64,000 nucleotides of DNA from Podarcis liolepis (lineage: Eukaryota). Shown one piece after another: positions 27,029 to 39,331 of the stretch (within the stretch, counting starts at the first letter, position 1; every line of letters begins with the position of its first letter). The position numbers and the translations under genes were made by a program. The DNA is taken from NCBI GenBank assembly GCA_965112155.1, contig OZ218103.1, one strand, 5' to 3'. The notes under the pieces are model-generated. The model was given only the letters and a program-made list of their open reading frames with translations. It made no database searches and was not told the DNA's origin.

Positions 27029-28143
27029 GAGGGTGGTCCAACATGCAGCCCGGGGGTTGCATGCAGCCCTCAAGGCCATTTTCGACAGCCTTTGGCAGTG
27101 TTCAGGACTTCTTAAAGTGACTCAAGTAGCTGGCTTTTTTTTCTTATTGCTGTGAGGCACACAAGAAAACAAACGGCAAAGGCGCTTGTCTCTCGCATCC
27201 CCTTCAAGGCCAAACGGGCCAGCCCTCCCCTGCTGTATCCTCTAACCTTGCCCAGGATTGCTCTGGACAACAAAATAATGTATTAATGTGAGAGAGGTAT
27301 TTTCCACACACTGATAATGAACAACTGGATACCTCCACATATATAAGGCTCAGTGAACTTAACAGCATTTGCTTAAGTCTTGCACTGCATTTTGACCACA
27401 CATGGAGTTATAATCCTATTTTGCGGATCACAGCCTAGCACACTGATTCAGCGCATACTAACTCAGGAGCATAGCTGTTGACCATCCCTTATTTGGCGGG
27501 AAAGTCCCTTATCCCAGCACCGTGTCCTGCTGCTGTCCCTTATTGATGATGTCCCTTAAATTTCCCGGGTTTCAAAGGAAGCAGCTCCTCTCCCTGCCAG
27601 CCAGGGAGGCGCCAACTGTGTTGCTTGGCTGCGTTGCTCACCCAATAAGGAGTCTAAGAATGACTGGGGGTGGAGCTTGCATGCCTTGTGCCGCTCAATT
27701 CGGCCATGTTGCCTGGAGACTCACCTTTGCTCAGCGCTTCCCAGCAGAGGGGATGGTGGTTTTCCTTGTTGCATCCCCTTTGCCGGGTTGCTGCGCTGTG
27801 GGAACCACTGCTTGAGGCTTCGTTTGGCTGCTGGCTGGGCTTTCTGCCTTTGGCTCGGAGGGAGAAGGTGAACATACCTGTGCTGGGAAAATCCCTTATT
27901 TTGGCTGCTGATCCCTTATTTTCAAGGCTGCTGGCTCCTTATTTTCAAATCTGTAAGTTGACAGCTATGCTCAGGAGTAGGTCCATTATGCTTATACTTA
28001 AATATACTAATGGTGTATATTAAATAATATTAGCTATACTGCAAATACTTAAGTAACAATATAAAAATTTGGTTCACTCTGGAGCCTCTGGTTTCTGTGT
28101 CAAAGTACTCTTGCCGCACACTTTGGGAGGTTGGACCACTCTG
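27029..28143. mobile_element. hAT non-autonomous element (outer), interrupted by a second hAT element
   Basis: TIR gagggtggtccaac / gttggaccactctg; perfect 8-bp TSD tcctatat (27021-27028, 28144-28151). Confidence 0.8.
27470..27969. mobile_element. hAT non-autonomous element (inner, 500 bp) with subterminal tcccttatt repeats
   Basis: TIR catagctgt / acagctatg; perfect 8-bp TSD ctcaggag (27462-27469, 27970-27977). Confidence 0.85.
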
Positions 28144-30271
28144 TCCTATATTATGGACTAGAGTAATCCGTGCAGACTTGTAGAGTGGAATGTGAACTGT
28201 ACAGTTAATATAAGTAATTGTCTAGATTTGTGTTAGTCTGGTGTAATATCCTTCTGTATTAAGATTTGCTACGATTTCGATCTAGGAAAATTTTATTTGG
28301 GTTGGTGGCTATGGAAAAGGTCAGTCCTGCATTTCTTCCTACTGCTCAGTTCCGTAAACTCCACAGCAGACCCCTGCTTGGTATAATGTGCACCTGAATG
28401 ATATTTTTTCATACTTTCGACTTGATTTGTGGCATACTTGCACTTAGTATTCAACTTACGAAGACCACTAAAACCATGTGTCAGTAGAAGTGATTTTATA
28501 AAAGCAGCTGCAAGTAACAGTTATTGGAATTTGTGAATATAATTCCCTTAATTCTGCATACGGTGATCACCAGCCTTTGAGCATTTGCAGGCAAACACTG
28601 TAAAGTACTTTGCCCCAAAATGTCTGGATGGAGCTGTTTAGTTGGTATGAAGATGTGGACACTGGCTAGGATAGGATGGAGTCCTCCTTACAGTAGCAGC
28701 TAGCCGTGTCTCCAGGTAGCTGCTTAGTCGGGCACTTGGGGAGCTACCAATACGATTGTCATGCAGCTACTGTGCTATCGCTGTTGATCTTCCCTCTTCA
28801 CCTTCAAGGCCTCAAAGCTTCCTGCCCACAAACAACAGATCAGGGCTGACATCTGTTGCAGCCGTTCTCTCTGCGCACTTGCCCTGGACTGCAGCTCTGC
28901 AATTATACTTGTTTTCAAAGCCCCCAGCCCTCATTTCACGAATGGGAACACAACAAGCCTGCAGGCAATTTGAGACCCCATCTGTTCTGGAGTGTTTTTC
29001 TCTTGTGTCGTGCCTGAGGATACAGCTTGTTTGTTTTTCTCTGTCCCGCTCTTATCCTCCAAGACACAATATGTACGTTGCTGTGGCAATGCACAAGTAT
29101 GGGCAGTAACAGGAGAAAAAAAGGCAGAAAAATCAGGCCAAGTACACATGTTGGGATTTTATGTTTGGCTATCTATAGTCTGCTTCGAATCAGGTATCCT
29201 TTCTCAGTATTTGCTCATCTGTTGCTCTTGGGTTCTTAGGTGATTTTATCTCCCTAAAGCTGGATCCCTGCCTCCAGTAGTGTTTTTCTTGCCCTTTCCT
29301 TATATGGGGCTTTCAGTGGTCTCCTAGGCAAGAGACTAAAAAGGTCTACATCATCTTTACTTCATGAATTCTGCACCAGGCGATTCCAGACCACACACTT
29401 CAGCCCTCATTCTTAAAATGTAGCATTTGAGTTACTTTCATGGGAAGGGTTTGATACTACATAAAAACACAGTAAAACTAGTACGGGCCCTTGTATTCAT
29501 AGATTGCAGGAATTTCTCAACACATCTTGACAGGCTGGCTGGGTGGTTTTTTATGATGAAATACATGTGCTTCAGAATTGTTAATGCCAAATAACCCCTG
29601 GGACCTTATGAAGAAGGGCAGGCAAGAAATTGAATTAATACCTTACTTTGTATGCATAAGCAGGGAAGCCCATAGTGTGTTGTCACTCCGTGGCTGCTGT
29701 AAATTCCTCACAACTCTTCCACCCATCACAGTTGGCATGGTCAGGTACCTGGAGGTTAAAATGAAAGAGTGAGAAGCCCACGATGAAAAACTAGGTTCTT
29801 AGTTACTTCAACTCCCAATTGCTTTGGTAAATTTGTTTATGCTACAGCTGAAGAAAACAGAAAGCTTGCTACTGTGCGGCAAATGCCTCCTGTTGTGTCT
29901 AATCATTTGCATAGCGGCTTTTGCAGATATGCCAGTATTTTTCAGGCTGTCAGTGTTCAACTGCTAAAATGTAAAAAATAAGAAGAGGTTAGATCCTGTT
30001 AACTTTTCAAATGTAAAACCAACAACTTAAACTAAATGCAAGTTTCAGTAGGAAAAAATTAAAGTCTTAATCCTGCATTTCCTGAGAGAACTTACTGCAG
30101 CCCTTGGGAGACTCTGTGGCTCTTCTATAGAGAACATTCGTTACACAAAAAGAGCATCTCAGGATATTTGTTTATAAGAAGGCAAGCTCAAAAGCAATTC
30201 CTGAAGGTGATCTATTTTTCCTATACTGTATATGGTATATCTAACATTTTCTGTATATGTTTTATAACTTG

Positions 30272-30421
30272 GAATCACAGAGCTGCAGAGTTGGAAGGGA
30301 CCTCAAGGGTCATCTAGTCCAACCCCCTGTAGTGCAGGAATCCTGATCATAGCTGTACCTTGGTTGGCTCAAACCACCAACCTTCTGGTTAACAGTCAGA
30401 CACACTGAGCCATTGTGCCAT
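30272..30421 (-). mobile_element. SINE with tRNA-like head and CR1-derived tail
   Basis: CR1 3' motif gttggaagggacctcaagggtcatctagtccaacccc joined to a reverse tRNA-like A/B-box region. Confidence 0.55.
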
Positions 30422-33400
30422 TCTTCAAACCAGTTTGTGCGTAAGAGCAGAGATAGGTTTCAATGAGACCCTATGCCAAACACCCACTTCTCCCACACTA
30501 GACATCAGAGGTGTCTAGTTTATATGCCACTTTCCCACGGTAAACTGTACAAAGTGGCTGCCAGTATTACTCAATTATAAAAAGGCAAAACTTTTTTTGC
30601 CAAGGGTGCGTTGTCTACATGATTTAAGGTATATCAACAATAAGGTACAGAAACTTGATTTAAAAATAAGAGCTGGGCTTTTCAGAATTCTGCAGTTTAT
30701 ATTCCGAGCTTATCCAGAATTTGCAAGTACATAGAGTCCTGTGTTTGCTCTATGCTATTACCAGATTCTAATTTATTGCAAAAACGAGTGATGATAAAAA
30801 GCAGAGTGATCAGATTCCTCAAAGGAATCCTCGTGGAGGAGCATCCCTGGGGATAAGGTGAACACTTAGTGATTTGTGTAGATTAGGAAAAGAGACTACT
30901 AGGAGTTCCAGCGGGGCAGCTACAATTGGCTTTGAAGCATGGAGGGGACAGGGATTTGGGAAGAGCAAATTATGCACAAGTACCAAAAGGAAAGCTTGAG
31001 TAAGAGTAACTGGGATGAACACATCAGATGCTGCACCTCCAATCTTAAGAAGCCTAATTGCAGTGAGTGAACAAGTTATCTGTTTCTGAATCTATTGGTG
31101 TGCTAAATCAAAAATATTGGGCGAAACTAAAGTTTAATAGGTGTAAAAAGTCACCATTATAGTCTAATGAAGTACATATTTTTATTGTCTCCATATGAAA
31201 CGTAACTTGCAAGTTTTGAAACACTAAATTAAAATTATTTAAATGCTAAAGATTTGACTTTTAACTTGGAACCATAGGCATTAGAATTTGTCTTTCTAGC
31301 AACTCGGTTTTATTGGACCACTGTTCTGCCATGTGGTTATTTAGTATGGGATGCCATGGTCAGAGTGCTAATTCAGTGTCAAAGGTTTGTGCTGTGCTGC
31401 TGCCACAAGCCGACCTTGGAACAAACATAGTTGTGTGTGTAACTCTATGGGTTGTGTCCGATTGGTGTCCTTACAAAAAAGCTTTTACTGCTAAAGAAAG
31501 GCAAGGTAACAATCTTAGATTACAAAACATTTCTGTGGTTAAATATTCCTTTCTGAAAAGCGAGTTCTGTATAATTTTTCAGAAGTATAAACATTATAGT
31601 ATAAACATCAAGATTATTGTGTTTATCTCCTATTGCTCTTGAACCTCCTGAAAGAACTATTTATAGTAAAGGCATAGTATTCTCTTCAACAGGAGTATTT
31701 ATTCACTTATTTCAACTAAACCACATGAAATAGCCTAATCACAAATGCAAACATTAGTGGCTCTTCATTTCAGGTCTTTTCTCAATCTGGCAATAAGTGC
31801 CATGCCATTCACAATGCTATCATACATATAGATACGCCGACTCGATCGAGTGGACAGAACACTAGCTCACCATGAGTATTTTAAATTATCTGATGTGGTT
31901 GGACTCTGATCCCATCCAGTATGCTAAACATTAATGAATGCAAAGTTTTACTCCTACTGTAGTAGTTTACATGAACTCATTTGCTCAAGATAGCAGCACT
32001 TTGCAGAGGCAGCAGCAACAAAAGTCACAAAGATTGTTTATCTTGGAATAACTAAAGTACATTGCTATATGCTGCATGACAGAAAGAACACACTAAACGT
32101 GAGTACATGATACCTAATGAATTTCTAGAAGAGCAGATCTCTCATTCAATGTTACTTCAGATATATTTTACTTCAGAGGTATTTAAATATAATTCCTCTA
32201 ATGAGAATAGGTTTCAGATGTCTTTAGAGATTTTTAGCAAGTATGGTTTTCAGCTACCAAAATTACGGCCTGTATTTTAAAATGCTGCTTTAAAAATGAT
32301 GACTGAAAATTGCATAACAAACAGTTCGCACTACATTCCTTCTGTTAACGAGTGTTATACTGTTCCTCATTCCAGCCATTGTCCAGATCTATTCCATTGT
32401 TAATAGAGGTTATTTTTCTTTTGAATGTGAGTTATTTCACATGTGCATCTATATATCTAGATACCTTAGTTTCTATAGTTTAAATAGAACCTTGCAATTT
32501 CATTTTAAGGCAAATGTTTGTTTTCGAGGGAGGCACTTATTTACAGAAAACACTTGTGAATATCATAATATGTTACAATCCTACAAGTTTCTTACTGAGC
32601 ATGTGTTGAAATGCTAGGAAAGTTGTGGTCGATTGCGGCCACACATATACAGGTAGGAATGAAAGCTGATGTTACGATGCAACAATGATGTTACAAGCAG
32701 AATTCTAAAGTGTTTCAGGTGAAATGATACTAGGGGAGAGATGTAATAAAATCAGATGCTATTAGTCAGATGTTATTCTAACAAGTGCTCTTCTGAAACG
32801 TTCAGCTTAAGTATTTGTTTTGATGTGTTGTGGCCATTACTTCACACTGATAATTCAACATATCTGATACAAGTATAATAAATGTTAGAATTGCTTGCAT
32901 GATTTAGAAAGTGCATATTCTTTCTTTTCCTTAAAAAAAAAAAACAGCTTGTATGCCTGAGCCTTATACTTGCTGTTTTGTATATGTGTTAGCTCATGTG
33001 TGCAATCTTTGAAGATGGATCTACTTTTGTTTTAAAAGTGTGAAAAACATGTATTCGAAATAGCTTTCTTTTTGATATGTTTTCTCTCCTTAAGAGATTG
33101 TACCCTTTTCCTTTGGGCTTGATTCATTGGGCATGATTCATTTGCATCATGGGCACAGCCCATCTCTCCCTGTGTCTTGCAAGTTTATTGTGTCAAATCA
33201 ATTTGTACAAAAATAAGGCACCTTCTTCATAAAACCAATATAAGTTTCTATCACTTCTATAAGATAGTTTTAAACAACAAATATTGTTTGTCCATAATCT
33301 AGCCTAAATTGATCTTCTTTAATCTCTTTATTTTCATTTAAAAAATTACGCACATGTTTGGCTTACTGGATCATGTCTCTTGTTGAATCTTTGCAGCACA

Positions 33401-33449
33401 GCACCTGTTGCAAAAAATATAATTTATTGTGTTTTGTTCCTGTTAACAG

Positions 33450-33930
33450 CACAGAAAGAGGAACGTAAGAATGAGGATAAGCAAGCTGAATCTTCAGTAG
33501 CATCAAAGAAAATGGTTGTGTCAACTACTGCAGCGTCTCAACCCACTTCTGCAATGTCTACCCAAAGCAGAAATCTGCCCTTAAAGAAACCCTCTACATT
33601 TACTAGTCCTAAGCATCCAATTAAATACTCTGCTGCAGGTTTCAAAGGGGTGATACCTAAGAAATCTTCACTTTCAACTGGTCCACCTACATCAAGCAAT
33701 GTGTCATCATCAAAGCCTTCACCTTTGTCCTATGGTACATCCTCAGTTTATAAAAAAACAATTTCCTCTTCAAGCATCGGTGGAGGACTCAGGAAGCCCA
33801 TGGTGTCCTCTGCTTCTTCAACAACTTCCTCAGCTACACAAGCAAAATCTGCAAGTGCTAGTCAGTCACAGCCTAACTCTCAAATTCGCCAAAATATACG
33901 AAGATCCCTTAAGGAGATATTGTGGAAAAG
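33450..33930 (+). CDS. DIDO1: DIDO1 exon (Ser/Lys-rich; SQPNSQIRQNIRRSLKEILWKR, start of TFIIS-M-like domain)
   Basis: aacag|CA gives T+CA Ser-QKEER; AG|gtaggc donor. Confidence 0.95.
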
Positions 33931-34096
33931 GTAGGCACTAAGTGCACTTGCTCTGTGAAAATAATCTCTATAGTTTAGGATAATCATTAGATTTAATGCT
34001 GCGTGAACAGTGATATTCATCTCTTTTCACCTTTCATAGCACTTTAGATAATGTATCTGAAATAAGTTTAGTGCTAAAATAGTTGTGAATATTTTT

Positions 34097-34317
34097 ACAG
34101 ATAGGTAGCCGTGTTGGTCTGCCATAGTCAAAATAAAAAAATTCCTTCCAGTAGCACCTTAAAGACCAACTAAGTTAGTTCTTGGTATGAGCTTTCTTGT
34201 GCATGCACACTTCTTCAGATACACATGTGTATCTGAAGAAGTGTGCATGTACACGAAAGCTCATACCAAGAACTAACTTAGTTGGTCTTTAAGGTGCTAT
34301 TGGAAGGAATTTTTTTA
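34097..34317. mobile_element. Penelope-like element remnant forming a 94-bp-arm palindrome with hammerhead-like cores
   Basis: Inverted arms 34132-34225 / 34226-34319; 14-bp direct flanks ttgtgaatattttt; same family as 56408-56609. Confidence 0.75.
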
Positions 34318-34743
34318 TTGTGAATATTTTTGACTGAGAAGGAAATACCTTAGTAAATGTCAACATTTCTTGAAGGTTTTAAACAAGAATAGAAGGCCCC
34401 AAAGGCAATCTTACTTTCTTGAAAACTAGATTTTTTAAAAAAAAAACCATGGTATTCGCAAAACAGATAAGCACTGTCCAATATAAATGCATGTGCTCAT
34501 CACCAGTTTTCCCAAACTATCATTAGTACTTTAAGCAGCAGAACAATCCTCCTGAGTACATGATATTCAGAGGATGTTGCAGCAGTGGATAGTGGCAATC
34601 AAAGAAGGAAAATTCATCCTTGAATTAAGTAGGCCATTTTTGAGACTTGAAGATTCTTCCTGCATGTAGGTAGATCAAGTTACTTAGCAGTACTGTCATT
34701 TTTGACTCCCTTTTCTTTCTTTCCTAACACTTTCTTTTGGCAG

Positions 34744-34903
34744 AGTAAATGATAGTGATGATCTGGCTATGACAGAGAGTGAGGTGGGAAAGATTGCACT
34801 GAACATTGAAAAGGAGATGTTTAATTTATTCCAGGCTACAGACAATCGGTATAAGAGTAAATATCGCAGCATTATGTTCAATCTGAAGGACCCTAAAAAT
34901 CAG
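34744..34903 (+). CDS. DIDO1: DIDO1 exon, TFIIS-M-like domain
   Basis: VNDSDDLAMTESEVGKIALNIEKEMFNLFQATDNRYKSKYRSIMFNLKDPKNQ; canonical sites. Confidence 0.96.
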
Positions 34904-35434
34904 GTTTGTATGAAAGCGAATGAATGACTTCTCTACAGCCTTTTTTTTTTAGTGGACAGCCTTTGATTTGACTGCATCATTTATTTTATAGCTCTTTTTG
35001 TAAACTGCTTTGAGTTTTCTTTACAATCAAGAGGATTGTAAATTTTATTGGGGTAGGGTTCTTTGGAAGCATGAATGGCTAAAACTAACAAGCTTGGGGC
35101 TTTTTGGTTTAGAAAAGAGGCAAGGGAATATGATAGAGATATATAAAATTCTGCATGTGGAGAAAATGCCTGTGGAACGCTCAGTCCCATCTATTGTTTG
35201 TGCCCATTCCTGATACAGACATGCTTCAAATTATGTTGTAGACTCTTAATATTTTGCTAACCTGGCAATATTTTTAAAAAAATGTATTTTAAATATTTCA
35301 TTCTATTTACACTTAAGACCTTTTAGAAGGAATTCATGAACTGGATGACAGCATTTACTCGCCTATTGGAAGATTCTCATTTGCTAGTTGTGTAAGTAGT
35401 TACTGCTCACCTCAAATCACTCCTCTCTCTTTAG

Positions 35435-35551
35435 GGACTTTTCCATCGTGTTCTTAGGGAAGACCTTCCTTTGTCAAGGCTTGTAAGAATGAAGCCAGAA
35501 GAACTCGTATCCAAAGAGCTATCTACATGGAAAGAAAAGCCAGCCAAAGCA
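35435..35551 (+). CDS. DIDO1: DIDO1 exon, TFIIS-M-like domain
   Basis: GLFHRVLREDLPLSRLVRMKPEELVSKELSTWKEKPAKA; ttag| acceptor and |gtaagc donor. Confidence 0.95.
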
Positions 35552-35697
35552 GTAAGCAATAAATTTTTGAGGTGTTTATTATGTAAGGATGGTTGATGAG
35601 CAATTCCAGATGATGTGGTAATTGACTACAGATTAATGATTAAAGTCTAGATCACTGACTTTGTGTGTGTATACAAATCGCATTATTGTTTTCATAG

Positions 35698-35805
35698 GTA
35701 ATGGCAGCTAGACGTAAATCTTTTGAAAACAAGAAGTCTGCTGTAAAACAAGAACCCATCCCAGATGCTAATATGGAAGATTCCCCACCAGTGTCTGATT
35801 CAGAT
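35698..35805 (+). CDS. DIDO1: DIDO1 exon
   Basis: VMAARRKSFE...MEDSPPVSDSD; catag| acceptor and |gtaagt donor. Confidence 0.93.
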
Positions 35806-36059
35806 GTAAGTATAAGCCACTTAAGGCACTGGTTTACAATTAATTATATAGACCATTTACCAAAATTTAGTTATTTACAAGAAGATATTGTATAATTTAA
35901 AATGCCATTTTTTAAGATCTCAATTATAGTTTATCTGCTTGCTTGCCTTTTTTATTTTAGAGGGCACAATCCAGTAATGCTCTATAGCAGCTTACCACAC
36001 ACGCTGCACAATTCCTGCAGTACTCTATACTTATTCTGAGGTACATGTACACAGTATTG

Positions 36060-36060
<1 letters not shown>

Positions 36061-36111
<51 letters not shown>
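36061..36111. repeat. (TTA)n microsatellite, tail of an adjacent reverse L2 3' end (to ~36190)
   Basis: About 17 TTA units followed by tttgtatactgcccttcatccaaagatctcagggtcgttcac. Confidence 0.85.
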
Positions 36112-36113
<2 letters not shown>

Positions 36114-36766
36114 ATAAAAAATTTGTATACTGCCCTTCATCCAAAGATCTCAGGGTCGTTCACGTCATAAAATACAGAATAAAACCACAACGAACATGAT
36201 GAAAACAAGAACAAACCAAACGAATAGCCCACCCACCACTGTACATTGTAGTACACTGCCTATTACCTGGAATGTTGCTTTGGCATGGTTCCTATTGCAA
36301 AGAGACCAATGATAAACAGGCAACCCCTTATTAGTGCATGGCTGTGTTTTGGGTCATTGTGCGTGAGAGCGGAGCACACATAAGCTTGTTCCCACCCCGT
36401 TTTCCTGCCACTTCTGGGTCACCACAATGCACACGTGTGTGAATGTCAATTGGTTGTTGCCCGTACATTAATTAATTTGCCCAAAACAGGGGACCAGCAC
36501 ACTTTCTGTTTCCCCACTTGGGTGCTGACGAAACCTGTGGTGCCAGTAATGAATTTACGCAAACCTTATAAGGATCTCTTTCTGCATATGAGCTTGCACT
36601 TGTTGAAAGGTCAAGTTATGTTAGATTTTAGTAGTATCAATTGCTTTATTTTTGGAGTTGTGGATGTTTGGTTTAAAATCTGTGCATATCTACAGGAATT
36701 TGCATGTGTATAGTTGAAATGAGCCTGATACCAGCAAATCATACCATTGCCTCAATTCCTTTTTAG

Positions 36767-36902
36767 GAGCAGCAAGAGGCAGATCGAGCAGCTCCTGAGA
36801 AAAGCAGCGCTCCAATTCTTGATGTTTTCAGCAGTATGTTACAGGACACAACAAGTCAACACCGAGCCCATCTTTTTGACCTGAACTGCAAAATCTGTAC
36901 AG
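36767..36902 (+). CDS. DIDO1: DIDO1 exon (DTTSQHRAHLFDLNCKICT)
   Basis: Conserved motif; ttttag| acceptor and G|gtatgc donor. Confidence 0.96.
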
Positions 36903-37190
36903 GTATGCACAGGGATTACCAAGGCTGTGTGAACACCCACGTGGTAGAAATGCAAAGCAGAAATTTAAATTACCATATCAATTTTGTTCTGAGTAAACCC
37001 AAATCTGGCTGGAGCCTCAGTTATACAAATGGCCAGACTTTCTTCTTACAGTAATATAAACTTTTTGCTTTTATAAATTAAAACAGCAACAAGCAAGAAG
37101 TGATTTCCTGTCTCCAAGGGAAATATAGCACCATGTCCATGAAATGACACAGATTCACAATGTTACATGTTATTTTTTTTTACCATTTAG

Positions 37191-37737
37191 GTCAGATGTC
37201 AGCATCTGATGAAGAACCAGCTTCAAAGAAACTAAAATCGTCCTCTGTTAAGAAGGTGGAACCAAAGCCAGAAATGAAATCAAAATTTGAAAGCTCGACA
37301 CCAACAGATGAAGTGGAGGCTGCAAAAGAAGAGGAAATGGAGACTGCTGCAGAACCTGTTGTTGAATCTGTAGCTGAAGTAGTTCCTCAGCCAAGCATAG
37401 AAAAAGCTTACATTCCTTTAACACAAGGACAAAGCAATCCATTATCTTCTCTACCCAATGAGAGCTCTCTCTACCCCACATCTTATGCTGGCGGTGTTAT
37501 CACTACTGTGACAGTCTCTGGGAAGGATCCCAGAACAGCCATGAGCACTTTGTCAACCTCTGCTTCTACTGTGACTTCTGCATTGCATCCCACCCTGGCA
37601 TCTGACAAAGGTTCTGTAGGGGAAAGTAAACCGGAAATATCCAGAAATACTGTAGCAGCTCCAAAATCAATATTAACGAAGCCATCATCATCATCGGACC
37701 CAAGATACTTGGCAGCTCAACCATCCCTAAATGTTAG
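37191..37737 (+). CDS. DIDO1: DIDO1 exon
   Basis: GQMSASDEEPASKK...ITTVTVSGKDPRTA...PKSILTKPSSSSDPRYL; tttag| acceptor and AG|gtatgt donor. Confidence 0.94.
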
Positions 37738-38668
37738 GTATGTGTGTGTCAGTCTGCAAGAGGGTCACTAGGCCTGCGGTATTGTGCAAAGGGGACCATG
37801 CAACCCAGTGGTGTGTGTGTATCTAGGTGCAGGGGGAGCCTTCAAATTCCTTCTAAGGAAGAAAGCTTCCCAGAGTGAGTAAAATGGGGGGGCAAGGTGG
37901 GTGGGCAAGTTAATGGGCATAGCTAGGTCCCCCCCCCTTAGTGGGTGGCTCCTTGCTGTCCCCCAAGTGTGCAAGGAGGAGAAAAGCTCAGATCAAACAC
38001 CCTTGCTGCCATTGCTATGCAGGTACTCTGATGCTAAGTGACAGTGAGGGATCATTCTTTGCCTCTCCTCAAGATGTGAAGGAGGGATAACTTGTGCTAA
38101 TCTCGCAGAAGCCACTAGGAGGAAAGGACAGCAAAGCCATGAACAGGAGGATTTTTTTACTACTTCTTCATACTTTGAAGATTTGCCAAGTCGTATTTTC
38201 TCATGTAGCACACTTCTCAACCTCTAGTAGCATTGATGCACAGGAGGAGCCAGTGGTTGTAAGAACTGGGGAACGTGGGGTCACACACTGCCTTCACTTA
38301 AGGCAGGTTTATGAACTTCAGTGTCTCTCCATGCTTGACCCACTCTTTCATGCAAAAGAGAATCGGTCACAAGTCTTACAATATCAACTCAATCCCTAAT
38401 AATAACAGGAATTCTATTCATGGGTTAGCAAATTAATGGTCCGTCTTTTGTGATCACTAGCCTTCCACCGAATGTGCTGGAAGTCTTAAAAATTGATTTC
38501 TAGCCCATTAATTTAATTTACTAAAAGTATATTTCATAAGATTTAGGATCAATTGATGTGGAATTTGAAAAATGTTGGGGTTGCCTGGGATGGAGGGGCA
38601 TTTGTAGAGATACAATTTGTAGAGCCACTCTTGACACAATTCTCCCTCCTGGGTTTTCTGTTTTGCAG

Positions 38669-38822
38669 TATGTCGGAGATACGGTCCCCTCAAGAAGGAG
38701 ATACGTCCGTCTTTCTCTCTCGCCTTAACACCATATGGAAAGGCTTTATCAACATGCAAAGCGTGGCCAAGTTTGTCACCAAAGCTTACCCTGTCTCTGG
38801 ATCCTTTGACTACCTCAGTGAG
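38669..38822 (+). CDS. DIDO1: DIDO1 exon, SPOC domain start
   Basis: SPQEGDTSVFLSRLNTIWKGFINMQSVAKFVTKAYPVSGSFDYLSE. Confidence 0.96.
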
Positions 38823-39331
38823 GTGCGACTTTGAAGTGCTTGTGCTTTCTGTGTAAACAATATCTAAAATCATATTTCTAACTAAATTTGCTTTGCGGTA
38901 AGAGGTTAGCTATGTAATATGGTACTATGTTTACTCAACATGATAGCTTGAAAGCTAAGCAAATTGACCTATTGACCTATTAACATTTTCAAATTTCATT
39001 TAGGTAAGAGTTTTAATAACTCACTGTTCAGACAGTGGCCTGACTGCAAATAGTGTAGCAGTGTAGCATAAGAAATCGGACATAGATAATGTGTACATTG
39101 ACTTGGCAACCATTTCATGCGGGGCTTCTGTTCCCAGCCCCTGCGTATGCGGAACACAGATAAGCAGCCCCTGCTCCATTATGTCCCCATTCTGTCTTCT
39201 TCTGGGTCCAAAAAGACCATGTGTCGGTGATGATACGTCAATTGGATGCACCTAAAATGGTCACCAGCTCCATTGTATCGGACAGCAATTTATTTAAAAA
39301 ATAATAAAATAGTATTGGTGATCTGTAAGTA

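Larger units (their letters stand above)
19886..31490 (-). pseudogene. Decayed multi-exon antisense gene nested in the DIDO1 intron (identity unknown)
   Basis: About 18 minus-strand blocks, most bounded by polypyrimidine-AG and GT(A/G)AG-type sites, phase-compatible, several fully open and others with stops; see findings. Confidence 0.65.

Noticed and set aside
27470-27969. Recurrent tcccttatt units resembling a repeat array/CRISPR
   Set aside because: Eukaryotic context; these are subterminal repeats of a hAT element with irregular spacing
28394-28459. Apparent minus-strand donor/acceptor pair inside the large decayed exon
   Set aside because: The implied intron is only ~66 nt, short for an amniote; treated as chance
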